NCBI GenBank assembly: GCA_012295275.1
Contig: CM022667.1
Span: forward strand, 12,586,001 to 12,650,000
Reading direction: 5' to 3'
DNA length: 64,000 nt
From: Chrysomallon squamiferum
Lineage: Eukaryota > Animalia > Mollusca
Positions 18,303 to 43,974 of this stretch are shown here, piece by piece. The notes beneath the pieces were generated by a model. It saw nothing but the letters and a program-made list of their open reading frames with translations. It searched no databases and had not been told where the DNA came from. Positions within the stretch are counted from its first letter, which is position 1, and each line of letters begins with the position of its first letter. The translations under genes were made by a program, and so were the position numbers.

Positions 18303-18829
18303 GACATATCTATGTATGTGTGTGTGTACATGTTTGTCGTTCTAACTGACTTTATTGTACGTGAGTTTGTATGTGTGTTTGTATGTATGTACATGTAGGT
18401 ATGTTGCCTTTTTTTGTGTAATATATGTTTGTATATATCAAACATATACCGGTAAACAAATGTTTGTTTTTTCTTCCAAAATAATCAAACAGGTAATTTG
18501 TAATAATCGTTCCCTGTGTAAAGTTTTTTTATCAAAAACATTCTTCTAATGGACACAAACTCACATTATTAAAAATAATCGTTCCCTCTCTTCTCTCTTT
18601 TTTTTTATCATTTCTTTTTATCACTTTCACATTCTAATTTATTAAGATTTCATATTCGTTTGAAGATTAATTTCCATTCCTCTTAATTGCAGATTCTGCA
18701 ATACTCAGAGTTACCCCTCCGTAATTACTTCCCCTACTCTCGAAATGTACGGAATTTCCAAATAAAGCATCTGTTAATATTTATCTAATTTGCTCCATCT
18801 TATTATTATTATTAATTTATTTATTATTT

Positions 18830-18860
<31 letters not shown>

Positions 18861-18869
18861 TTATTATTC

Positions 18870-18912
<43 letters not shown>

Positions 18913-18935
18913 AATTATTAATTATTAATTAAATT

Positions 18936-18972
<37 letters not shown>

Positions 18973-19230
18973 TTTTTTTTTTACTTTTTTTATCCACTTG
19001 ATATAAATTAACTATTATAAAATTGAAAAAACACTCAATAAACTACAAGCAATAATTCCATTAGAATTTTAGAAAACAAATTAATTATGTGAAATATTCC
19101 AGGCTTTTATGTGACCGTTTTATCTTCAGGTAGGAATCCATTTCACTGCGTCTAATGACAACCCGGCTGCCGAGGTTGTCTGCATCTACCAGACTCTTCA
19201 TCATTTCGCGAATATACGGTTCTCGTCTGG
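14150..19230 (-). pseudogene. Degraded multi-exon gene relic with internal repeats (second, more deleted copy at ~2890-5830)
   Basis: Exon-like blocks with AG/GT borders (16438-16253, 15766-15564) and protein-like translations broken by stops and frameshifts. Old internal duplication: 14150-14420 resembles 16560-16800, and 15290-15560 resembles 17140-17420. Confidence 0.45.
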
Positions 19231-19270
19231 AATCTGTACAGTTTGTTTTTCTTCTATGTGTTTTATTCTA

Positions 19271-19785
19271 TGAGAGAGGTGTTCACTGATATATTTAGAG
19301 TTACTGCCCTTGTGTGAGAGATGTTCACTGATATATTTAGTTACTGCTCTTGTGAGAGATGTTCACTAATGTGTTTAGAGTTACTCCCCTTGTGTGAGAG
19401 ATGTTCACTGATATATTTAGAGATACCGCCCTTGCGTGAGAGATGTTCACTGATATATTTAGAGATACCGCCCTTGTGTGAGAGATGTTCACTGATATAT
19501 TTAGTTACTGCTCTCGTGAGAGATGTTCACTGCTATATTTAGTTACTGCCCTTGTGTGAGAGATGTTCACTAATGTGTTTAGAGTTACTCCCCTTGTGTG
19601 AGAGGTGTTCACTGCTATATTTAGTTATCACCTTGTGTGAGAGATGTTCACTGATATATTTAGTTATCACCTTGTTAGAGGTGTTCACTGCACCTTGTGT
19701 GAGAGATGTTCACTGATATATTTAGTTACTGCCCTTGTGTGAGAGATGTTCACTGATATATTTAGAGTTACCGCCCTTGTGTGAG
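19271..19785. repeat. 40-42-bp minisatellite, about 12 units
   Basis: Tandem gagagatgttcactgatatatttag(ag)ttactgcccttgtgt units. Confidence 0.95.
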
Positions 19786-20410
19786 TCTATATCTTTATTC
19801 ATCATCTGTTTTGTGCTGATGAGAAGTATGAGCCTGACATGTCATGGCAGTTTCTTCAAAAATATTGTAATATGAAATACAAAGCAATGGACTGTTAAAA
19901 ATGTCAAAAAAAAAAAAAAATGTAGAAAGGCTATATTTTTAATGGTGTGCATTGTGCAATGAGGGAAAATGTTTATCAATCATTTGCTTTTAACAAATGT
20001 AACTATAATAGGCTAAAATTCCATAAAGTATTAAAGCTGTAGATGGGTAGTTACTGTGACTGTGATAGGAATGTGTCAAAAGAAAACTTTGGCTATTTAC
20101 CACACTTGCACACCCTATTATTATTATTTATTATTATCTTTTAACCATATATATATCATATTTTTCATGCTTTTTTTTATTTTATCTGCTTGGCACGTCT
20201 TATATTTAAATTGGTGTATGCGTGTGTTGAGATAGATACATCATATATTATTTATTAAAATGAAAACATGGATTTAAGTATTTCAGGAGCCCAGATACAA
20301 AATATCACAGGTCACTTAAGGCAAGATTATCACAGAAAGTATTAATAAGATCAGATTTAAAAAACTAAAATATTAATATGTCTATTAATTTAATTATCAT
20401 GTCATTCTGC

Positions 20411-20518
<108 letters not shown>

Positions 20519-21253
20519 AATTAAAATATATTTTAAAAAATTTATTAAAAATCTGTTCATTATTAATTCATTAAATGTCTATTCATTACAATTGCTTTAT
20601 TCAAGATTATTAAAAACAACCATACATATTTCTCTCTAGTCTATTTGTAATGGAAACAGAACAGTCCATCAAGGTATGGTTCCAATCCATTATTTACAGT
20701 CTTGTTTTATAATTTGAATAAATGTTAAATAACATGATCACCAAACAGTTTTTTTTACAATTCTCTTCATCTAACAGAAATTATGTCTTTATTTACAAAT
20801 TGTTTGTTTTCATTATGTATGTAAAATATTAAGATAATTTTTTTTTTTTTTTTTTTTTTTTTTTTCAGTTTGTGTTTACAGCTGGGATTCAGATGGGCCA
20901 CATGACAATATTAGTGGAGTAAATGAAAAAAAAAAGATTAAAAAAGAAAGTTACACAAACATACTTTTTTCACATTCCACATCAGCAGAATTTATATTTG
21001 ATGAATATTCTTTTCCCATACAATTTCAACAAGTAACAAACAAAGTAATTAAATCTATCGGTATAAATTTATTTAAAAAAAAACCAGTCAGCACAGATCA
21101 ACTGTATATCAAAAGAGTGTTTATAAAAGATAAATGAATTTTAAAATGTTAAAAAGATTTACAAATATGGAAAAGATTTTATAATAAATGTTATATATAA
21201 TTAAATTAATCTGAAGTGTTATTGTGTATAAGTAACACTAGTGATTGTTTATG

Positions 21254-21291
<38 letters not shown>

Positions 21292-21620
21292 CAAGTATGT
21301 ATGTATATTAATGTTTGTGGTTTCTCAAAACTGCTAATAAATTAAACAGAAGAATTAACTGTGGAGAGCAAAAGAATAAGTAAGTGCAGACAGCACTTTT
21401 TGTAATAGTACATCTCCTGCATTTACAGTTAACCACCCTATAAAAATATTGAGTATGTCCCTCACACATACTACACACAAAGAGTTCCAGTTTTATGTGT
21501 GAAATATGTTTACATATTGCATACATAGATCTATTACATTTTTCATTAAAAAAAAAATTAAGAAAATTCAATATAAAACAGTTAAAGTGGAAGACTAATA
21601 ATAATAACAATAACAATAAC

Positions 21621-21657
<37 letters not shown>

Positions 21658-22632
21658 TAAAAAAGACAAATAATTTAAAATTTTGTTCCAAAGTTTCATA
21701 TAGCACCAATTTCAAAGTAGAGATAAAATGTTTAAAAAATATTTATACAAAAAATATTGACAAACATGCATATTATCATACTAAAATTATTCATACAGTA
21801 TTATATATATATATAATAATTTTTATACTTTTATATACTAAAAGTATATATACAAAAATTAAATTTACCATTTTTTTTTTTATACAGTGTTAAAATTATA
21901 TATATATAATAATTATACATGGCACTATGCATATTATTAGAAAAGGTAATTAACTCAAAACCAAAGAAGTGACTCTAGTTAAGATATAATTATATGAAAG
22001 GCAATGGGTCACGGCACATGGTGAGAGTGTGTATACAGAGAAATTTAAAAAACAGAAAATACACTTCATCAAAATGAAATGAATGCATGGTAATTGTCAA
22101 AGACAACATATTTAGATTGAACTGATATTAAATTTCAGCTGCACACTTATTTGGCATGTATGAAAGAAGGAAACCAGGACAGCTCCGTGCAATTTCTGAC
22201 TGCTGAGAAGTTTCAAAGTACTTATTTATTATACGAATACAGGGACTTTTTAAGTTATCAGTTCAGAGTCCATACTGAATCCCACTGGAGGCCTGGCACC
22301 CTATATCCAAACTAGGAGATGTCCTCCATTCCAAGTATCCTTTTCTCAACATATTTTTATTTTAATGGTTATTTTATAACTAGATGTCAGTCACAGTTAG
22401 TGATATGATAAAGAAAACATGGTTTTCACGATGTGCCAGAGAATAAAGAGAAACAGATACAAATAAACAGCAGCTGAACACAATGGGAAAATTTGTGCAG
22501 CAGGCCTGCACTTGTCACAGAATGAGAATCATAAATACACACTATGCTAAATAATTTCATTTTTAACAATAGATCAGAAACACCATGATAATTTAGGCAG
22601 TTCATTAAATGAACTGGCAATTTCTGACATTT

Positions 22633-24994
22633 TTAAATTCTGCTTTCTCTGCTGTCATCGTGAACAACTCTTCTTGGAGGTGGGTGCTGGGGCTGTTCTA
22701 TTACTGCAGGGCGAGGGGGTGCAGGTGGGTCCAAACCAGCAGGAATCCACTCTTCATTTTTAATGGCTGCCTGAAATCAAAGTTGTTAATCTTTAACATT
22801 AAAATACTGAATAATGAAATTAATTAATTGACAAATGAATGAACTGAAAATTAGCTTTGTTACCAGATATTTGGGGTCAAGAAAGGTTGTGATTTTAAAA
22901 CCAAATTATTTGATAATCAAATGAAAATATGGAGGGGTAATAATAATACATTTTGACAGTTATTAGATACAATGAAAAGCTGTGGGTTTTTTCATACTAA
23001 AACAATGGAAAATAAAATGAAAGAATAAATAAATGATTCAAATACAGTTTATAAGAAAGTTCAAATGATATTTAAGTTTACTACAAAATATACATTATAT
23101 TACATATACAGACAGAAACACAAACACACATAACTCATTACACATCTAAATACATATATCTACACAATATACAATAGATTATGTACAAAATGTAGACAAA
23201 CATTAGCACAGACACACTACCAATATGCATACACCAGAGAACAAAATATATTTAATAAAACTTACCACTAAATAAATAATCCCTGTTATCAGAAAACAGA
23301 TAGCACCAATTAATGTGGGGAGAATAAAACAACATGGTATAGTTATTCTGCAAAAATAAAATACTTTATTAACCTCAAGTTTTTCTGAATAGTTATGTAC
23401 AGTATTCATATAATTTTATCTTTGTCCAAAATACAACAGACAGTATCTTTTGATGATGTATTATAAAACTGTAATTTTTCTTCTTTTGTTTTTCAAATGG
23501 ATGAAAAATTACTGCCTAAATGTAGTTTTTCTTTTTTGTTTTTTCTTTACTTAGTTCAAATGGAACCAATGAAAAAAGCTGCTGTTTAACAATATAGGAT
23601 TTTTAATGTTAACTAATATTAGATATATCAGAGATATACATTTTTTAAACTTTACATATTAGGTGTTTATTGGAAATTACAGAGATTGATTTACTTACAT
23701 TAAATAGAATGCAAATCGGATGTAATAATTTCTTGTCACCTGGCCCCCCTGTTTCACAATGATGGTGAAAAGTTTCTGAAATCTGAGACATTTAAAAAGA
23801 ATAAAATGAATTTGAATGATATTCACAAACTTATAGAATTATTAATATTTAGAAATTCATACATAACAGTTTTTAAATAACTGAAGTTATATTTTGAACA
23901 TGTGTGCAACAGAATAAAATTAGAACTATTAATAATATTGGTTTATACAATATACAGAAGCTAAATAAATTTCTATGGTAAATCGATTTTTAGTTTTGCA
24001 CAAAACACCAATTTTTTTTACTTTTATGCATTATCATTTTTATAAATGAAATTTAAATGCAATTATATGTCCTTAAGGATCTTAAAATTCATGCTAAGTC
24101 TATCTTCACATTAAATACCAGAAAAGGGTTTTCCTACCTTCGTTCAACACTTTTTCCAGATTTTCGTTTACTTCTTGGATATTCAATAACAAATACAATC
24201 ACTGAAGCCACCCTATCACATCAGTTAAAGATCAAATAATATTTTATCTTTAAGATATTAATAATTAATAAAAAGCAAAATAATGTAAAATTTGTTGTTA
24301 TATATATTAAAGAAAAAAAAAGTAACTAACAAAAATATTTGTTGAATAATAAATGTTCTTTTTTTTTTTTTTTTTTTTGATAATAACAATATTTATAATA
24401 TATAATTATATTATAACTTCTTGCTGCTTTGAAGTCAAAAATTACAACACTGGATAATTATAATAACAGGAAAATAATAATTTCTTGAGGATACATTCCA
24501 AATACGCCAATCTCCCAGTTGTTATATACGGCCACGATTGACACTACTCCTCCGAGGAAAGTTACTGCAATAAAATATGAAATTTTAAATATTATTTCAG
24601 TTATTATAGATAACATTAATAAAATAAATAATCAAGTAAATAAATTTTAAAGAGAAAAGACAAATACTGGTATTTCTCTACACGTAAATCTTTTTTTATT
24701 TATTCAGTTATTTTATCCATAAAATACAATTGTTATTACTGTTATTAAATTATAATTATTTTATTTATTTACTTAAAGTCAGTAATGATTAGACAATGTA
24801 GTATCGCTGTCACTGTGTCAGACAAATGTCAGAAACAGCCTCTTTAAATTCTTTTTGTCTCTTCTAATGAAACAACATATTTTTATGCACCTCTTTAAGT
24901 TTCATGCTAATTTTTCTAAACATATTCACAACAAACCTGCTGCACTGGCCAGTGCTTGTTCATTAGCCCACATAGCCCATTCGATGTGTCCCAT
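22633..24994 (-). CDS. CYBA: Cytochrome b-245 light chain (p22phox), 168 aa; exons 24994-24937, 24564-24495, 24212-24138, 23782-23699, 23347-23266, 22770-22633
   Basis: Starts MGHIEWAMWANEQALAS; contains IEYPRSKRKSG and TRNYYIR; proline-rich tail PPAPPRP...HPPPRR. Six coding exons (58/70/75/84/82/138 nt), all in frame. Confidence 0.96.
24213..24494 (-). other. U12-type (minor spliceosome) intron, CYBA intron 2
   Basis: 5' site GTATCCTC; branch-like TCTTTAAC about 10 nt before the AG; no polypyrimidine tract. Confidence 0.8.
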
Positions 24995-25709
24995 TTCTAA
25001 CTTTCATCTCGTGATATATTTATTCCGGCTATAATCCTGCATGTGTTTGTTTATGACATTTGTTTATAAAATATTTGTTGATTGGGTTGACTAACTTCCA
25101 TCTACCAATAGAAATGCGCGTTACAAATAAGTATATTTCATCAGGAAATAACTCATTCCAGCATTTCTTTTTCTGCATTTCAGTGTTGTAATTACTTTTA
25201 TTTTTGTTTATTAATTTAACTTTTTTTTCACAGATCTACATTTTGTGTTTAGTAAAGCAAGATCACGTTACGTAAAAAAGAAACTTAAAATGTACAGTAT
25301 TGTATTAAATCGTTAAAGATTATTATTTTTGATTAATAATTAATTTATTTACCTTGGGATGAATGGAAGTCATAAAATAAATTTAATATTCATTTTCCAG
25401 TGCAGTGAAATATGTAAACTGTATATATTATTATTTTTAAAAAATTACTTTTATTATTATTGTTATTATTGTTATCATAATCATCATCACATTATCATCA
25501 TCATCATCATCATCATCATTATTATTATTATTATTATCATCATATTTAATGTTATAAATGAAGATTTTCTGTTTAGGCAAGGCTCCTGCATAAAAATTGT
25601 ATTTTAAATTGATGATCGATATGAAGAGAGATGAATCAGATTTATCTTTGCAGTTCTGAGTTGTTTTATTTTCCATTCTATCCTCTCTTGACTAATGTTA
25701 CTAAAAGTA

Positions 25710-25748
<39 letters not shown>

Positions 25749-26020
25749 TGTCTGATATGTGCATTCTTGTGTGATTGATATGGACATAAAGAAAATTAAC
25801 AAATGTAGATTAGAAAAAAGTTTTGTCTCATACAATCATTACAAAACCACCTTTTAGCATATACTTAATAAAATTAAAATGTACAAGTCAGTTGTTTTGT
25901 ATTAATGACTGCATACAACTTGTGACTAAATATAATTAAATGCTTTTAGTTTTATTTGTTGAATGAATCTTAATTCATTATAAGAAATATTTTTTTTTTA
26001 CTATTTCAGAGATCTGAAAG

Positions 26021-39060
<13,040 letters not shown>

Positions 39061-40309
39061 CAGTGTTTTATAAACAATACACAGAAAAGTCACTGATTGC
39101 TTCACTCCATTTTCAAAATGAATCTGATACAACAATATTCCAGTATTTAATTTCTTTTTTTTTTTTTTTTTTTTTCTATTTTTTTTTTTTTTTTTGCATG
39201 TGAAAAACATTATTAAAAATACATCTCCATCATTGTGCAGCCATAGTGGCAAGATTGATTTTTAAAGATATTTTGCTTTCCTGATATATTACTGGTATTA
39301 AGTGATAGGTTTTTTGTTGTGTAGTCTTATCATCAGATGTGATTTTTTAAATTGAAACAATCAAAACCTTATAAAAAAATAAAATACAGAAACAGTATTA
39401 TGGTTCTAATAATTATTATTTGTTATTACATGAATACCAGGTAAAAATAATAATGATTATAAATATCATCACCATCAATATTTATTATCTGTATTTGTAT
39501 ATTAGCCAATTTATTTATTGTTGGTGTTTAAAAATAATGATCAAAACATTGTTTTACTGTTTTTATCTCTTTTTTCTAATTACAGTATTTTTCAACATTT
39601 TTACTTGTACTGAATACAGTATATATTTATTGTTCTTTTGGTTTATGGGTTATTGTTGTTACTGTTAAAATAGTATTTGTTGTAACAAATGTGTTAAATG
39701 ATTTAATCTTTTAATTTTTTTGCATAAGATGTATTAATATATTGTCTGTCAGCAGACAAATGTATGAATGTGTGTATGAATGCATGTGTATGTTACAAAT
39801 GAATAAAACAACGATTACAGAATGTTTTGTTTTTATATTTACTTAATTTTAAATTATTTACTTAATAACAACTGTGAAAATAAAGGCTTTTTCATAATAT
39901 TTTAATTTTTTGTTGTGTTTTTCATGAAAATATTTTTTACTGCAATCAGAAATATATCACCATTTCCAAGAATTATGTACAGTAAACCTATAAATAAATA
40001 TATAAAAAACCAGATTTTGAATATTAATAATAAGTCAAAAAGATATATATATATATATATCTGAATATGTCAGTTTTATAATCATTCAATAAACTATAAA
40101 ACTTTTTTTTGTTTGTTTCTTATTTAAACAAAAGATAAATTTAAAAATAAAAAGCAGTAGTAATAATGAGTAATTATTAATAATTTTATTATTGTTGTTT
40201 AACTCAAAAATAATAACAAAATATCGAGACAAATTTTACGATAGACCTCGATGATGGATCTCTTACTTTTTGGAGGAAATCACACGTAAGACAACTACAG
40301 TGAACCATC

Positions 40310-43300
40310 ATGGAAGTGGAAAGTTCGGTAAAGTTATCTTGGAAATGTCTGAAAAAGATGGCAACCATTTATAAAGAAACAAATCCAGCTTTATCAAGAT
40401 ATTATTTGTAAGTTATTTAAATAGATTTTTTCGAAACAAAACTGGAACACAAATGACACTGAGAAAAAGTCATTTTTCAGAATCTATGAATTGACGATCG
40501 CTCAATCATCGACTCGGTGCAGTCACAGTTATTACTATATTTAATAATATTACTTTTATTAGTGTTAAAGGAATTGAATCAGTAAACTTAGTAAGTTATT
40601 CATTCGTGGCATAAAGAATAATATCATAATGATTTAGGTGATTAGGTTGATTAATAGTTATTAAGAACAGTATTTCACAGAAAATCATAAATTAATAAGA
40701 GATCAGTAGCGTATTAGACTATTACCGAATCAATTAATGAATTATAATGATAATCGGATAATGTCAATGGTGAGTATTAATTAACAATAACTATTAATTT
40801 ATTAACTTTTATTTTCAGTTAATTTAATAATTAATTTAATAGCTTTGTCTAGCATAAAGAAAATAAATATGATAATTTAAATTTTTTAAAAGTTACACGT
40901 TATTCATAATATTCTTTATCATGTTCCATATGCCATCAAATTATTTAAAATATTAAACTTTGTTTTATATGTTTTCAGGTCAAGATCAGTGAAGATGAAA
41001 ACAAAAGTAATCAGTAATATGTCAGGTATAAATTAATGAATATTTACTTAACATTTTAATATTAACAGTTAGGTGTTAATTTTTATTTATTATAAAGATA
41101 TGAACTATTCTTAACGTTAACAGCATAATAGCAAGTGTTCATTTTTTTATGAATTACTGGTCATCAACCTTTGATGATGGTAAAGAATGATGGGTGTAAT
41201 TTCTTTAATATATATATTCTTCAATTTCCTGATATTATAATCTTATTAGAAATAAAATAGAACAATAGATAAGATAGTTTAACTTTTGTTGATTAATAAA
41301 GGATGAAAAAACTGTGAAGAATCTCGATAATAGTTTGTTGTTGAAACAGTCTTATAGATCAATGGAAAAAGTCAGTTTTACTACAATATTTTTCATTGTT
41401 TTGCAAATGTAAATAAGAAAGAACAAAACATTTATTTATGAAATCTCAAGAACATTAATTTTATTGTATTATACAGCCAATGCTGTGATTCCAAAGAAGA
41501 CAAGTTATTGTTTTCACTGTTTTACTATACTCCATCCTGACAACCATAGTGTTAGAATTAAACCAAGGATTCGCTTGTTGGACAGTCTGAAAAAACTCTT
41601 ACCCCAAACCAGTTCTAAACCGCTTGGAACATTTCAAGAAAAGATGGTGGATAGGTATCTTCATAGTAAAAATAAACTGGTGAGAGTGAATTGCATTTAA
41701 TTTTTGTTTTTTTTTATTAAAAAGGATTATTTTGTGTAGATGATGTTAACAGTTTATATTTTATTTTTTGTAATTTTATTTAAAGAAAAAAAAAAATTAT
41801 CTTTGAAAAACCAGACTATCCAGACATGATTATAATTCTTGTAATGTTTATGTCAATATACTGTACAGGTACCGGACATCCTGAAATCTGGAAAGACCAG
41901 AAAACCAGAAGTTTTTTCCTGACACATTTTTCATAGTTTGTTCACCAGACCAGAACTACTCTTTCATCCATTCACTGCATTGTTTACATGTCAAGACACC
42001 ACAGTTGTGTATCATCAATTTTCTTTAAGTTTTCAATAAACATTTTAGGTAATTTTAAAACCAGTATTAATCATAATGGTATTAATCATAATATAAAAAC
42101 ATTTTTCAGGTAATATCCTGTTTTACCTGTGAAAAGAATTTAAAAATTGATTGTCAGAGTCGTGAAGAGAGAAAGAAAAAATTAGCAGCACCACCTCCAC
42201 CTCAGATAGGTAAATATTCTCTTTTTAACCTTTTTTAACTAATTCATATATTCATTGGAGAAATGTTAATTTTTGATCTTTTTTTTTTTTTTTTTTTTTT
42301 TTATATTTTCAAAATAGTTTTAAGATAATAAAAATAAAAAATTATCTTTCACAATTTTGTAAATTTATTTTTCATAACAGATAATTTTTCTGTAAATGTA
42401 TCATTTTATTACTTTCTTAATTTTATATTCATTTCTATCTCAAAAATTTTTAAGAAGAGAAAGTTAAAACCAAGAAGCAGAGGCAACGAGAAAAGAGAAG
42501 AAAAATGAAGCAGAAAAAGAAATTTTGTAAATTCTTATTTGACAATGAAGAAGAAGCATTAGCTGCTAGTAAGAAAAACAGGTCAGTGATTTCTGGGGGT
42601 TTTTTTTTTTTTTCATTGTCTCTGATTATAATGTGTGCATATACACATACATTTAACATTTGCTTAAATCTGTCTATGTTTACATCTTGATTTGTTTGTG
42701 TATGTGCATATGTACATATATTCCTCCAAATGAATATGTATATATCTTCATAATTATATATTACTTGGTATTATCTTCAAGTTTTGACTGTAATTATGTC
42801 CAAAACCTTAGTGTGAATTTCCATTTGCACTGAAGTCTTTTGCAGCATTCATTTTCTCAGATTTTCGCATAATCATATCAAACCACTAAATATCCAGTAG
42901 ATTTTATACTGAGATGTCAATAAGCATTCATTAAATTAGCATAAAGAGGTTTAGAATAAGTTCTTTTTTTTTTTTCTTTTTTTTCTTTTATTTCCAATTG
43001 ATAATATTTTTTATATATTTTTATAAACAAGAACAACAAAATGTTTTATATGCAACATTAAATATTCCAGTCCAACATCTACTAATATATTATCCTAAGT
43101 TTATGCTGACTTTAACTTAGTTTTCCTATTTTCAGTGAACCATTAGATGATTCTGAACAGTCTTCAGTTAGTATGGAGAGAGTAACAGAAATAAAACTTT
43201 CACCAGTAGAGAAAGAAAAACCAGAAATCAAACATGTGAACATTAGTCAGAAAAACACAACATCTCAACTTCTAGGGAAAGTTACGCAGAATAATAATTT

Positions 43301-43469
43301 GTTTAAAAACTCTGTTTCAAGAAAACGTAAAAACGTTGTGATAAATTCTGACTTAATCTCTAAGAAGAAGAAGGGTCGTGACATACACCTACAGCTGCAG
43401 AAAGTTCTTGCTGCTGACAAACAGAAAAAGTCAGGAAATTCTCTGGAAGATTTTCTTTCCAGCCTGTGA
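40310..43469 (+). CDS. C18orf21: UPF0711/C18orf21-like (RMP24, Rpp21/Snm1-family RNase MRP subunit); exons ~40310-40407, 40979-41025, 41477-41679, 42110-42209, 42455-42581, 43136-43469
   Basis: PALSRYYL, two CxxC pairs (YCFHCF...DNHSVRIKP; ISCFTC), basic middle region and C-terminal LQKVL...LEDFLSSL, matching the C18orf21 pattern as I recall it. The start could alternatively be the ATG at 40358. Confidence 0.82.
41868..42037 (+). mobile_element. Partial copy of a MITE-like dispersed repeat (intron of C18orf21)
   Basis: Matches the reverse complement of ~60305-60505 (gaaagaccagaaa...ttttcatagttt...tcaccagacc(a/g)gaactactctttca...ccacagttgtgt). Confidence 0.7.
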
Positions 43470-43974
43470 TGTGATTTAAGGATATCAAAAAGAAAATCAA
43501 TTTCAAAAGTTATAAATTTTGCTATAAAAAATTAGCATATATAATATATCTTTCATGTTTGTTGACTAAATAGTGTGAGATGACAATCTGCATGGTGGAA
43601 ACATTTGCCTTGGGACTAATACGTTGCTGGATCAAATCTTAAAAATAAAATGATAGACAATGATTTGTTTTATGTTTTTGATTATTAATTTACTTCTTTA
43701 TTTGTGTTGCTTTTCATTTGCCTAAAATTATTTTAATTTATTTTTAAAAAATTTTTTTAAATTTACCCAATAAACTTGTATATTACCATAACTTTTAGGA
43801 GGTAACCTAAAATAGGCCTCCAACAAGCAATGGGAGTTACCTCCCCTTATATCTTCTTTGATCGTGGGAAAGTATGAAATGATTAAAACAAAAACGAAAG
43901 TTTCTTTCGTTGACAAACGAACAAAAATGAATCTCTTGTGATATTCATATGTGAAATTTTCGATATTTACGGAA

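Noticed and set aside
19271-19785. Regularly repeated ~42-bp units resembling a CRISPR array or a Cys-containing repeat protein
   Set aside because: No unique spacers, eukaryotic context, and 40-bp units break any reading frame; it is a minisatellite.
23741-23750. Suspected frameshift in the C run of CYBA exon 4
   Set aside because: Recount gives six C; the frame is intact (KQGGQVTRNYYIR) and the exon is 84 nt.
40251-40289. 12-codon upstream ORF before C18orf21
   Set aside because: The TSS is unknown, so it may lie outside the transcript; too short to support.
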